51,434 nucleotides of DNA from Rikenellaceae bacterium DTU001 (GCA_001512885.1 LFSZ01000031.1:1-51434); one strand, 5' to 3'; positions 8,548 to 18,434 are shown, numbered from the stretch's first letter. Program-made: numbers and translations. Notes: generated by a model from the letters alone, not told the origin.

Positions 8548-10443
8548 ATGGAAAATGAAAAAAATTTTCAACCAGAAATGAATCAAAATGAGGTTGATAA
8601 GACAGAAGAGATCTCTAATGAGAGTGAGGCACTTTCAATTGATGAAGATGTAAAATTAATCGAAGAGGCTTCTGATGCTGTCGAAGCAAAACAAAAAAAT
8701 ACAGAAAATGATGATTTCGACTGGGATGCATTATTAAAAGAGACTAGAGAGTACAAAGAAGAAGAAAGAAAAAAATTAGAAGAGAAATATACAGCCTCTA
8801 TGAATGTGCTTCAAGATAAAGAAGTTATAGAAGGTACAGTAATTGGCTTCGGCGAAAGAGAAGTATTTGTAAATATAAATTACAAATCAGATGGTGTAAT
8901 ACCATTAAGTGAGGTACGTTATAATCCAGATTTAAAAATAGGAGATAAAATCGAAGTTTATGTAGAAAGTCAAGACGATGGCACTGGACAGCTTATACTC
9001 TCTCATAAAAAAGCTCGCATACTCTCAGCATGGAACAAAATAAATGAGCTATATGATAAGAATGAAATAGTTCAAGGCTACATAAAATCACGTACTAAAG
9101 GAGGATTAATAGTAGACCTATTCGGTATTGATTGCTTTTTGCCTGGTAGCCAAATAGATATAAAACCCATAAAAGATTATGATGCATTTGTTAGCACTAC
9201 GATGGATTTTAAAATAGTTAAAATAAATCAAGAATTTAAAAATGTAGTAGTATCTCACAAAGCGATCATAGAAGAAGAGATAGAGGCACAAAAATCTGAA
9301 ATAATATCCAAACTAGAAAAAGGACAAGTATTAGAAGGTGAAGTGAAAAATATTACTTCTTATGGTGTATTTATAGATTTAGGTGGCATAGATGGATTAA
9401 TACACATAACAGATCTAAGCTGGGGTAGAATAAATCATCCTGAAGAGATAGTTCAGCTCGGACAAAAATTAAACGTTGTAATATTAGATTTCGATGAGCA
9501 TAAAAAACGCATTACTCTTGGTTTAAAACAATTAACACCACATCCATGGGATCTATTAGATCCTAATCTAAAAGCTGGCGATAAAGTTAGTGGTAAAATA
9601 GTAGCTATAGCAGACTATGGTGCTTTTATTGAAATTATACCTGGAGTTGAGGGTTTGATACATGTCTCTGAGATGTCATGGTCTCAACATTTACGTTCTG
9701 CACAAGATTTTTTAAAAACAGGAGATACGGTAGAAGCTATTATATTATCTATCGACAGGGAAGAACGTAAGATGTCTCTGGGAATAAAGCAACTATTACC
9801 AGACCCTTGGGTAAATATTAAAGAAAAATATCCTGTAGGTTCCAAACATAAAGCTAAGGTTCGCAATTTTACAACCTTTGGAGTTTTTGTAGAATTAGAA
9901 GAAGGTGTAGATGGTCTTATCCATATTAGTGATTTATCCTGGACTAAAAAAATAAAACATCCTTCTGAATTTTGCAAAATAGGTGATGAACTAGAAGTAG
10001 TAGTTTTGGAAATAGATACTGATAATAGAAGATTAAGTTTGGGACATAAGCAAATCGAAGAAAATCCTTGGGAAGTTTATGAAACTGTTTTTACTCCTGA
10101 TTCTATACATCAAGGTAAAATAATAGAATCGCGTAAAGATAAAGGTGCAATAATAGAATTACCTTATGGTATGGAAGCATACGCTCCTGCAAGTCAATTA
10201 ATTAAAGAAGATAAAACCAAAGCTAAATCAGGCGAAACACTTGATTTTATGATTGTTGAATTTAATAAGGATACCAAAAAAATTATTGTTTCTCATACTA
10301 GAACATGGGAAACTCCTAAACCATCTAAATCTAAAAAAACTAAAACTGCACAATCGGATAGTTCTACTCATACTACTCTAGCTGATTTAGGTATATTTGA
10401 TGATATTAAAGAACAATTAAATAATAATGAGGATAAAAAATAA
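8548..10443 (+). CDS. rpsA: 30S ribosomal protein bS1
   Basis: Repeated S1 domains (YGVFIDLGGIDGLIHITDLSW, GLIHVSEMSW, GLIHISDLSW); FDWD N-terminal motif. Confidence 0.98.
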   Translation: MENEKNFQPEMNQNEVDKTEEISNESEALSIDEDVKLIEEASDAVEAKQKNTENDDFDWDALLKETREYKEEERKKLEEKYTASMNVLQDKEVIEGTVIGFGEREVFVNINYKSDGVIPLSEVRYNPDLKIGDKIEVYVESQDDGTGQLILSHKKARILSAWNKINELYDKNEIVQGYIKSRTKGGLIVDLFGIDCFLPGSQIDIKPIKDYDAFVSTTMDFKIVKINQEFKNVVVSHKAIIEEEIEAQKSEIISKLEKGQVLEGEVKNITSYGVFIDLGGIDGLIHITDLSWGRINHPEEIVQLGQKLNVVILDFDEHKKRITLGLKQLTPHPWDLLDPNLKAGDKVSGKIVAIADYGAFIEIIPGVEGLIHVSEMSWSQHLRSAQDFLKTGDTVEAIILSIDREERKMSLGIKQLLPDPWVNIKEKYPVGSKHKAKVRNFTTFGVFVELEEGVDGLIHISDLSWTKKIKHPSEFCKIGDELEVVVLEIDTDNRRLSLGHKQIEENPWEVYETVFTPDSIHQGKIIESRKDKGAIIELPYGMEAYAPASQLIKEDKTKAKSGETLDFMIVEFNKDTKKIIVSHTRTWETPKPSKSKKTKTAQSDSSTHTTLADLGIFDDIKEQLNNNEDKK

Positions 10444-10462
10444 TTTTTTCATAATTTAATCG

Positions 10463-10497
10463 ATAAAAAGGGTAGTCTGGTGATTACCCTTTTTTAT
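10463..10497 (+). terminator. Intrinsic terminator of rpsA
   Basis: ATAAAAAGGGTAGTC-TGGT-GATTACCCTTTTTTAT hairpin with T tract. Confidence 0.85.
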
Positions 10498-10622
10498 TTA
10501 TATAAAACAAACCAAATAAGCAAAAAGCTAATAAATATTGAATAACAACCTAATTTTATATTAAAAAAATGCAAAAATTTAATTATTTTTAAAATAATAT
10601 TTTTGTAAAAATTTATTTTCTG

Positions 10623-11298
10623 ATGAATGAAATCAAAATAGATAAAATAATACGTTCTAAACGTAGTACAGTTTCCATACAAATAAATGAAGATAATAAA
10701 CTTGTAGTAAGAGCACCCTATAAGTTAAATGAAAATGAAATATATAAAATAGTACAAAAACATAAAAAATGGATCGAAAAAAAACAAAAAGAAATAGAAG
10801 AAAGAAATAAAAAATATATACCTAAAAAATTTATTAATGGAGAACAATTTTTGTATTTAGGCAACTACTATCCTTTAATAATATTAAATGAGCAAAATCA
10901 ATCTTTGATATTTGATAATGCTTTTTTTTTTATCTAAAAATTTAATATCATGTGCTCGAGAAATATTTATAAATTGGTATAAGGCAAAAGCATTATCAGA
11001 AATAACAAATAGAGCATTTTATTATTCTAATAAATATGGATTTGAATTTTCAAAAATAAAAATTAGTAATGCAAAAACACGTTGGGGATCATGCTCGCAT
11101 AAAGGCAACATTTATATTAATTGGACATTGATAATGGCACCAGAGGATATTTTAGATTATGTAATAATACATGAGCTAGTACATTTAGAAATCCCAAATC
11201 ATTCAAAAGCGTTTTGGAATAGATTGGAAATTATTTACCCAAATTTCATAGAAGCTAAAAAATGGCTACGTGACAATGCAAATTTACTCAAGATCTGA
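10623..11298 (+). pseudogene. ygjP: YgjP/DUF45 (M48-like) zinc metalloprotein split by a +1 frameshift in a T10 tract
   Basis: ORF 10623-10937 (RSKRSTVSI, VRAP, GEQFLYLG) and ORF 10912-11298 (RWGSCS, DYVIIHELVH) join into ~224 aa if T10 at 10922-10931 is T9. Confidence 0.85.
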
Positions 11299-11859
11299 TT
11301 TATTATATCTTTTTTTATTAGGAAAAGCATAACTAACACCGGCTCTAATAACTGGACTGTAATAGACAGAATTTATATTTTCATTCAAATTCCATAAAAC
11401 CTCTATGTACGAATAAGTATTGTAACTAATAAATTGCCTAAAACCTGCACCTACTAAAAAATTATCTAAATTAAACCATTTTTCTGAATACGGATAAACT
11501 AGTGATGGTGCTCGATAAAACATTTTTTCAAACTCACAATGTAAATACAACGCCCTAAAAACAGAAATATCTAAATAACCTCTTATACCTGTCATATTTA
11601 TAGAAATAGCGGGTGTATATAAATGAGACTTTATATACCAATAAAAAGGATTTAATCCTAATGAAAAATAATTATTAAAATGATATGCACCTTTGATGGA
11701 AACCATAATATTAGTGTTAGTACCAAATGTTATTCCTAGTTCACCACCTAAATCAAAAGCTTTAGAAAGTCCAGAACCAAATTCCCACATATCTAAAGTT
11801 TGAGAATGAATATTGACAAATAAAAATAAAGTCAAACAAACAAAAATGATTTTTTTCAT
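11284..11859 (-). CDS. Hypothetical outer-membrane beta-barrel protein
   Basis: Likely start MKKIIFV (11859) with signal peptide; amphipathic strands ending RAGVSYAF; TAATTTTG box at 11899-11906. Confidence 0.7.
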   Translation of the reverse strand: MKKIIFVCLTLFLFVNIHSQTLDMWEFGSGLSKAFDLGGELGITFGTNTNIMVSIKGAYHFNNYFSLGLNPFYWYIKSHLYTPAISINMTGIRGYLDISVFRALYLHCEFEKMFYRAPSLVYPYSEKWFNLDNFLVGAGFRQFISYNTYSYIEVLWNLNENINSVYYSPVIRAGVSYAFPNKKRYNKSDLE

Positions 11860-12128
11860 TGAAGATGTAGAGATTAAAAAAAAGTATAAAATTTTATACA
11901 AAATTAATAAAATTTTTAAATTGCTAAAAAAAAATAATAAAAGGTAGAGCAAGGGATACAATAAAAGACTAAAAACTTATATCAAAACGTTAAAATTATT
12001 ATATATGTATTTTACATGACTTCGGTTTAATATCAATCTAAAACTCTCTAGAGAAGTATCAATATTACCCCTAACATAAATGTAATTTACAACTAAATAA
12101 AAGAAAAATTTTAATTGAGATATTTTAT

Positions 12129-13209
12129 ATCATTGTTTTACTTGAAGTAGTTTATCTATATTTCGTATTTACCAGCCGCCAATACTCATCCCACGCCCAT
12201 CTGTCCGAGGATGCGAGATTTAAAAGCCGACCAATGTCAGATTCTATCTCACTTGTCAAGTATTTATGTGTGATTACAAACCACATCAGATAGCTCTGCA
12301 GGTATTTAGTAGCCACTCCTCTAAATCGTCGCAACCAAACCTTGAAATCACTTACATGCTTATCGACTACTTGTACACTGTATACACCGCGTCTAATCTG
12401 CGTTTTGTTTACAACAACTTTTTTGCTTTTGGTCTCCTTTACAGCTTTTTTGAATTCCTTCTTTTGCTTCACACATATTAAGTTGCTATCTGTCACTCTA
12501 TGCGATAGCTCTTCTCTTATCTGACTATTGGTTACTTTTTTGCGTCCTACGTGTTTGAAAAGTAAATTACCTTCCCTGTCTGTCATTACCAGCACAGCTA
12601 CTTTGGGATGTTTCTTTTTCTTTGCTTTTTCGTATTCTTTTCGGCTTCTGTATTTGCGACCTTTTTCTGAATATTTCATTAGCAGCTCATCAGCTTCTAC
12701 AATGCCTGAGAAGCTGATACCTCCTTGTAATGATTTGATCGCTGCTAGTATCTTGTGTCGCCAATTGAAACTTGTTCTCAGACTTATGCCTACCTCAGAT
12801 GCGCAAGCTCTTAGACTTTTGCCTTCTAGCATACATTTTAGGTAATCGAGCATTTTATCAGCTTTTCGCATGCGATATACGAAGGTTCTAGCTGTTTCGC
12901 GGTATTGTCGGCCGCAATCTTTGCATTTGTATACTTGTTTGCCATCGCGTACTCCAGCTTTTATTACATTTTCATTTTTGCATCGAGGGCAGATGGGGGC
13001 TGTGCTTTGTATTTTTAGTTTCTGATAATCTACGGCTGTGTAGTTGTTTTCTAATAAAAATTGATATAGATTATCTAGGAATCTACGTTTCTGCTCTTTG
13101 GGTAGAGCTTGATAATCTAATAGATTGAAATTATCCATAATTATTTTTTTGTAAAATTAAATAAAAATTATTTGATTATGCTATAAAATACGTAAAGTAA
13201 AACAAAGAT
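12129..13209 (-). mobile_element. IS1595-family-like insertion sequence with imperfect 27-bp TIRs
   Basis: Left 12129-12155 ATCATTGTTTTACTTGAAGTAGTTTAT vs reverse complement of 13183-13209 ATCTTTGTTTTACTTTACGTATTTTAT (23/27); interior visibly richer in GC than the flanks; no target-site duplication seen. Confidence 0.75.
12152..13138 (-). CDS. IS1595-family (ISXO2-like) transposase, catalytic residues apparently degenerate
   Basis: Zn ribbon CPRC...CKDC, HTH ending WRHK, GIVEADE, VLVMTDREG and RFRGVATKYLQSYLMWF. Confidence 0.9.
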   Translation of the reverse strand: MDNFNLLDYQALPKEQKRRFLDNLYQFLLENNYTAVDYQKLKIQSTAPICPRCKNENVIKAGVRDGKQVYKCKDCGRQYRETARTFVYRMRKADKMLDYLKCMLEGKSLRACASEVGISLRTSFNWRHKILAAIKSLQGGISFSGIVEADELLMKYSEKGRKYRSRKEYEKAKKKKHPKVAVLVMTDREGNLLFKHVGRKKVTNSQIREELSHRVTDSNLICVKQKKEFKKAVKETKSKKVVVNKTQIRRGVYSVQVVDKHVSDFKVWLRRFRGVATKYLQSYLMWFVITHKYLTSEIESDIGRLLNLASSDRWAWDEYWRLVNTKYR

Positions 13210-13587
13210 TAAATACATAAACCAAATCGTAAAAACTTCTAAACACAATTAATTTTTAAAAAACTTCATAAAAATTAACATAATTACAACATTATAATAA
13301 TAAATTAGACTATATTCACTAATAAAAAATAAATATAAAATAAGAAAAAAATAATAATAATATACTTAAATCCACCGTTATTTAAAAAATTAGTCATTAC
13401 GTTGTATAATGATTTCTGATAAATCACATTTAATTACTAATGTTTTTTAATAAACACATTAGATATAAAAGAAAGAATGATTAAAAAAAGGAATATTTAA
13501 AAATTTAAAAAATATATAACATAAATTGATGAACTTAATTAAATAAAAATTTATTTATAATCTTTTTATCAAATAAAATAAAAAATA

Positions 13588-13595
13588 TAATTTTG
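13588..13595 (+). promoter_or_regulatory. -7 box (TAATTTTG) for trxA
   Basis: TAnnTTTG match 11 nt before the ATG. Confidence 0.55.
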
Positions 13596-13606
13596 TATAA
13601 AAAAGC

Positions 13607-13924
13607 ATGATAGAAAATTTAACAGAAATCAATTTTGATAAAGTAATAAGCGAGGCCAAAGTTCCAGTAATTATAGATTTTTGGGCTGAATGGTGCGGAC
13701 CATGCAAAATGATGGGACAAGTATTAGAAGAAATTGATAAAATCTACAACGATAAATTATTTATAGGAAAAGTAAATGTAGATGAAAGCGGGAGTATAGC
13801 AATGAAATATGGTATACGTAATATTCCCACTCTATTATTTTTTAAAAATGGACAATTGGTAGACAAACAAGTAGGAGCAGTTACAAAAAAAATGTTAGAA
13901 GATAAATTAAAAAAATTATTATAA
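13607..13924 (+). CDS. trxA: Thioredoxin
   Basis: DFWAEWCGPCK active site, IPT cis-Pro loop. Confidence 0.97.
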   Translation: MIENLTEINFDKVISEAKVPVIIDFWAEWCGPCKMMGQVLEEIDKIYNDKLFIGKVNVDESGSIAMKYGIRNIPTLLFFKNGQLVDKQVGAVTKKMLEDKLKKLL

Positions 13925-14047
13925 AACCAATAAAACATATTGAAAAACTTAAATATTTATAATTTTATTAAATATTTATTTCCTTGTTTTTAATTATTTT
14001 AATAAATTTTAGTTGTGTTTTATAAGTTTTTTTAAAAAAAAAGTGTA

Positions 14048-16066
14048 ATGAAGCAAATTATCTTTTTTTTATTTTTAGTAATTTTCCCTCATTACATTTT
14101 TACTCAGGTATCGATACCAGAACTTCGTTGTTTAGAAGTATTAAATAATGGTGATGTGTCTATTAATTGGTTACCTAGTAATGATGTAAATGGAGATTTT
14201 ATAGCTTACGAAATATTTTATTCTGTTAATATCAATGGTCCATATACACTCATTAGCACAATAAACAATATAAATACAACTAATTATTTACATGTATCGG
14301 CTCAAGCTAACATGTACAAAGTCCATTATTACATTAAAGCTAAATACGGATCTCCTATTAATTATACCGAAAATTCAGATACTCTTTCAACAATTTATTT
14401 ATCATTAACAGATCCATTAAATGGTACTGCAATATTATCTTGGAATGAGCTTCATCAACCTCCATTAACTAGTTTTTCAAATTATGAAATTCTAAGAGAA
14501 TATCCTTCTGGTATATGGTCTACAATCGGAAATACCATTAGTACAAATTTTATTGATACTATTTACCCTTGTTCAGCTTCTATATCATATCAGATCAAAC
14601 AAATAGATAATAGTGGTTGCTATTCACTATCAAATATATCTAGTGGAATTTTTCATAATCTAATGCCACCAAAATCACCATTTTTAGATTCCGTAACAGT
14701 TTTAAGTAATGGATCTGCAGCCTTAGGCTGGCAACCATCTAACTCAGCTGATGTGATAGCTTATATTATTTACAAATATGAATCTGGTTTCTGGACACCA
14801 ATAGATACTGTATCTGGCACCAATTATTATGTATATTCTGACTCTAATGCTGATGAAAGTGCAGAGCAATATAGAGTGGCAGCACTAGATAGTTGTGGTA
14901 ACACTAGTCCATTGTCTAATGCTATCGAAACTATATTCCTAAATGGTTCGCTTGATATTTGTAATAATATTTTTTATTTATCTTGGAATCATCCTACAGG
15001 AGTTCTAAATATTGAAAAATATAAAATATTTTTATCCAAAAATACACAACCTTTTATAGAAATTTCAAATACTATTCGAGACAGTTTTAATTTACCAATA
15101 GATGATACGGTAGGTTACTGGTGTGTATTTATACAATCTATAAATAATTTAGGCAATACTCAATCATCTAATGTATTATGTTTTAATTTCAAAAAACCTT
15201 CATTGCCTGCTTATGTGAAATTTAGAAAAGCGGATTTTATAAATAATCGCATCAATATTTCTTGGAAATGCCCTCCACACACTAGCACACTTGGATTTTC
15301 ACTATATAGATCTACTGATTCTTTAATTAGTTTTAAAAAAATTGCAACAATACAAAAAAATTTAACTGGTGATTATATATTTGTAGATCCATTAACGAAT
15401 TATACATCCTATCCCATTTTTTATACATTAGCCACCATAGATAGCTGTGGTAATGAAGTTTTTCAAAGTGATACTGTGTCTACTATATGCTTAAACGGTA
15501 CTGTAAATTTTGATATTACAAATTCGCTTTTTTGGCAGGGCAAAGCATCAAGTTCAGTAATTAATTTGCAACAAATATTGCACAAAAAAATTGATAATCA
15601 ACCTTATTTAGAATTAAATCTGCCATTTGATCAAAGAACGTATCTAGATGATTTAGTAGACTTAGAGGATATAGAGAGTAGTGGTCATTTTTCTTATCAA
15701 ATCGAATGGATAGTGTATTTAGACAATCCATTTGACGATTATGACACTATACATTCATTATGGTTGGATTTGTTTCAACCTCCTAGAATATATATCCCTA
15801 CGGGCTTTACTCCGAATAGTCATTTAGATGTTAATAAAATATTTAAACCTAGTGGTATTTTTTTAAAGGCAAAAGATTATTCTTTCACAATCTTTGATAG
15901 AAATGGTAGAATAGTATTCGAAACTAATGATTTAGATAAAGGGTGGGATGGTAACTCCTTTGATGGCAAACCAGAACCTGAACAATTATACGTATATTTA
16001 TTAAAAATAACCTTAATAAATGGCAAAGTTTTCGAAAAAAGGGGCATTGTGATGCTTTATAGATAA
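14048..16066 (+). CDS. Secreted FN3-like repeat protein with type-B T9SS C-terminal domain
   Basis: Signal peptide; repeated W...Y.I.R...DSCGN modules; C-terminal IPTGFTPN...IFDRNG..VFE...WDG...YVY...G.V.LYR. Confidence 0.85.
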   Translation: MKQIIFFLFLVIFPHYIFTQVSIPELRCLEVLNNGDVSINWLPSNDVNGDFIAYEIFYSVNINGPYTLISTINNINTTNYLHVSAQANMYKVHYYIKAKYGSPINYTENSDTLSTIYLSLTDPLNGTAILSWNELHQPPLTSFSNYEILREYPSGIWSTIGNTISTNFIDTIYPCSASISYQIKQIDNSGCYSLSNISSGIFHNLMPPKSPFLDSVTVLSNGSAALGWQPSNSADVIAYIIYKYESGFWTPIDTVSGTNYYVYSDSNADESAEQYRVAALDSCGNTSPLSNAIETIFLNGSLDICNNIFYLSWNHPTGVLNIEKYKIFLSKNTQPFIEISNTIRDSFNLPIDDTVGYWCVFIQSINNLGNTQSSNVLCFNFKKPSLPAYVKFRKADFINNRINISWKCPPHTSTLGFSLYRSTDSLISFKKIATIQKNLTGDYIFVDPLTNYTSYPIFYTLATIDSCGNEVFQSDTVSTICLNGTVNFDITNSLFWQGKASSSVINLQQILHKKIDNQPYLELNLPFDQRTYLDDLVDLEDIESSGHFSYQIEWIVYLDNPFDDYDTIHSLWLDLFQPPRIYIPTGFTPNSHLDVNKIFKPSGIFLKAKDYSFTIFDRNGRIVFETNDLDKGWDGNSFDGKPEPEQLYVYLLKITLINGKVFEKRGIVMLYR

Positions 16067-16093
16067 CAAAAATTATATTTAGGTATAATATTT

Positions 16094-17071
16094 TTATTTA
16101 TTTCTATTTGATATATCATCGATTACTTGAGAGATTAAGTCTTTTTTATTATTATCTATTGATAATTGATGAATAACATCTTTAGCCTCCATTATATGAT
16201 AATCTATTTGTTTTATTGTCTTTTTATCAATATTCAAATTTTTATAAATAGTGATAATTTTTTTAATTTTTTCTTCATTATCTATATTTTTATTGTTGTA
16301 TAAATCATAAAAATATTTTCTTTCGGTTTCATTATTTATTGATTCACAAGCAGATACATATAAAAAAGTTTTTTTAGCATCTACAATATCTCCACCAATT
16401 TTTTTACCAAAAGTATTTTCATTACCGAAACAATCAAAATAATCATCTTGTAGCTGAAAAGCCAAACCTAGACTAATGCCTATATCATAAATTAAATTTT
16501 CATCATTAGCGGGGCAATTACCTATGATAGCACCTATTTTCATAGAACTTGCTATTAAAACAGCTGTTTTTAAATAAATCATTTTTTCATAATCATTTTT
16601 AGTAACATTTATCTGAGTTTCATAATCCATATCTAACTGTTGACCTTCACACACCTTAGTTGCAGTATTGGTAAATTCTTCTAATATTCTGTTGAGATGT
16701 TTTTCATTAGTTTTATTTACCATACTATACGCTATTGCAAATAAAGTATCTCCAGCTAATAGTGCAGTATTTAGCCCATATTTAGCTACTACAGTTTCTT
16801 TACCACGTCTCAGCTGTGCCTTGTCCATAATATCATCATGAAAAAGTGTAAAATTGTGAAATAATTCTATCCCTAAAGCTGCTGGTATAGCATCATCCAA
16901 ATTTCCACCATAAAAATCACATAATAATAAAATCAATGCAGGTCTAAATCTTTTACCACCGACTCCTAATCCATATTTTATCGGATCATACAATGTTTTT
17001 GGTTCTCTATTTAGATCTAATTCATTTAAATGCTTCTTAAAATAATTAATATATATATTTAATGTTTTCAT
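16094..17071 (-). CDS. ispA: Polyprenyl synthetase (FPP/GGPP synthase)
   Basis: GGKRFRP, HDDIMD...RRG, GQQLD, KTA and FQLQDDYFD. Confidence 0.92.
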   Translation of the reverse strand: MKTLNIYINYFKKHLNELDLNREPKTLYDPIKYGLGVGGKRFRPALILLLCDFYGGNLDDAIPAALGIELFHNFTLFHDDIMDKAQLRRGKETVVAKYGLNTALLAGDTLFAIAYSMVNKTNEKHLNRILEEFTNTATKVCEGQQLDMDYETQINVTKNDYEKMIYLKTAVLIASSMKIGAIIGNCPANDENLIYDIGISLGLAFQLQDDYFDCFGNENTFGKKIGGDIVDAKKTFLYVSACESINNETERKYFYDLYNNKNIDNEEKIKKIITIYKNLNIDKKTIKQIDYHIMEAKDVIHQLSIDNNKKDLISQVIDDISNRNK

Positions 17072-17168
17072 AATTTTTTTTATTATAGCAAAATTATGAA
17101 AATAAATACTTTTTGCAAATTTTTACGTTGTATATTATTAAAAATATTTAAAAGATAGTTATCGATTT

Positions 17169-18365
17169 TTACCATCTAGTTACACCTGCTATACCACCTA
17201 AATCTGTATAGAGTTTATCTTTTATTTCACCTTTTACAAATTCTATTCTTGTAGAATATTCATTAGTCAGATCTTCGATATAATCTCTCAAATAAATTTC
17301 ATTAGCATCTCCACAATATTGATCAGCTTCTTCTTTAGTAGCCAATATTAACCCATTACTACACATATAAGCAATAGCATTGAAATCCCAAGGCAACAAT
17401 AATACTTGTACTCTACCTATCTGCAAGGCTTTTAGTACCTCAGATAAACCACTTATGCCATTGCCTTGATACACTAAATCTAGAAGCATTTTTTCTTCTT
17501 CATACTCTGTTTTTTCAATTACAGTCGATACTCTTTCTAAAATTTCCTTTTTTGAAGGATTTTCTGCATTAGTAGGATTGGGCAAATGCCCAATTATTAT
17601 GTTTTTGATATTATGACTTAAATAATTTTCAAAAAAGTTAAGTTGCCATTCTGTACCCATTAAGATTAAACGATTAATGTCAAGTGTTTGTATGGATTTT
17701 TCTATCATCTTAGCAAGTTTGTTGTATAGTTTATGAGACCAATTTTCGTATTTAGATTTAAATTTATCCTTAAATTTTATTCTCGCTTGTACATTTCTTT
17801 CTCCATATAATGTTTGATCGATAGCATTTAGATGTTCCTGTATTTCTTTCCATTCATCAGTAGTAATAGTAGCAAAGGTATCTGTGATTTCCTCAACCTC
17901 ATTTAAAAAAACTTCATAAAATCTCCATTTAGTGCCATAAATATGCAAAACACCAATTCTTTCGTACTCATCAAAAGCATAATAAATAGGTAAAAGATAA
18001 GGTTTGCCATAATGTACATCTATTCTACCTAATGTCAAATCGATAGCTGGTAGATCTATTTGTAATTCAAAAGTTTCACTTTGCATTTCATTTTTTTCGT
18101 TTACCCACGCGAAAATCACCAAAGTTCGCGTTTGAGGGTGTACTTTTTGTAGTGATAACATAAATTCGTCTAAAAAAGACCTTCGATTTTTTAATTTCTT
18201 TTCCAACTCCTTATACTCTTTTAAGGCATTTTTTATCCTAATCATCCACGCCATCCCTTTATTTTCATCTTTAGATGGATCTGTATCACAATAAACAGAT
18301 AATATGGGCACTCCTACTGATTCTATTCTTTCCTTAAAAGCTTTAATATTTTCTAAGTTGATCAT
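17169..18365 (-). CDS. Bacterial aeRF1-superfamily protein (baeRF/VLRF1-annotated, Balon-like) lacking GGQ
   Basis: LSVY.DTDPS N-domain, RF.EVFL and LILMG middle domain, eRF1_3-like C-domain (GLSEVLKALQIGRVQVLL...IEFV...LGGIAGVTRW); likely start MINLEN (18365). Confidence 0.8.
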   Translation of the reverse strand: MINLENIKAFKERIESVGVPILSVYCDTDPSKDENKGMAWMIRIKNALKEYKELEKKLKNRRSFLDEFMLSLQKVHPQTRTLVIFAWVNEKNEMQSETFELQIDLPAIDLTLGRIDVHYGKPYLLPIYYAFDEYERIGVLHIYGTKWRFYEVFLNEVEEITDTFATITTDEWKEIQEHLNAIDQTLYGERNVQARIKFKDKFKSKYENWSHKLYNKLAKMIEKSIQTLDINRLILMGTEWQLNFFENYLSHNIKNIIIGHLPNPTNAENPSKKEILERVSTVIEKTEYEEEKMLLDLVYQGNGISGLSEVLKALQIGRVQVLLLPWDFNAIAYMCSNGLILATKEEADQYCGDANEIYLRDYIEDLTNEYSTRIEFVKGEIKDKLYTDLGGIAGVTRW

Positions 18366-18434
18366 AACTATTTGGTTTTTATAAATTTCTAAAAATATTA
18401 TTTGCAAAAATCATACAAAATTTTAAAATAAAAA

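Noticed and set aside
5859-10682. ORFs 5859-6053, 7273-7506, 7853-8080, 9684-9977 and 10494-10682
   Set aside because: Antisense to well-supported genes, or AT-rich low-complexity translations.
12266-12845. Three plus-strand ORFs inside the IS
   Set aside because: Antisense to the transposase; expected from the locally higher GC.
12121-13217. 8-bp target-site duplication around the IS
   Set aside because: The flanks TATTTTAT and TAAATACA do not match.
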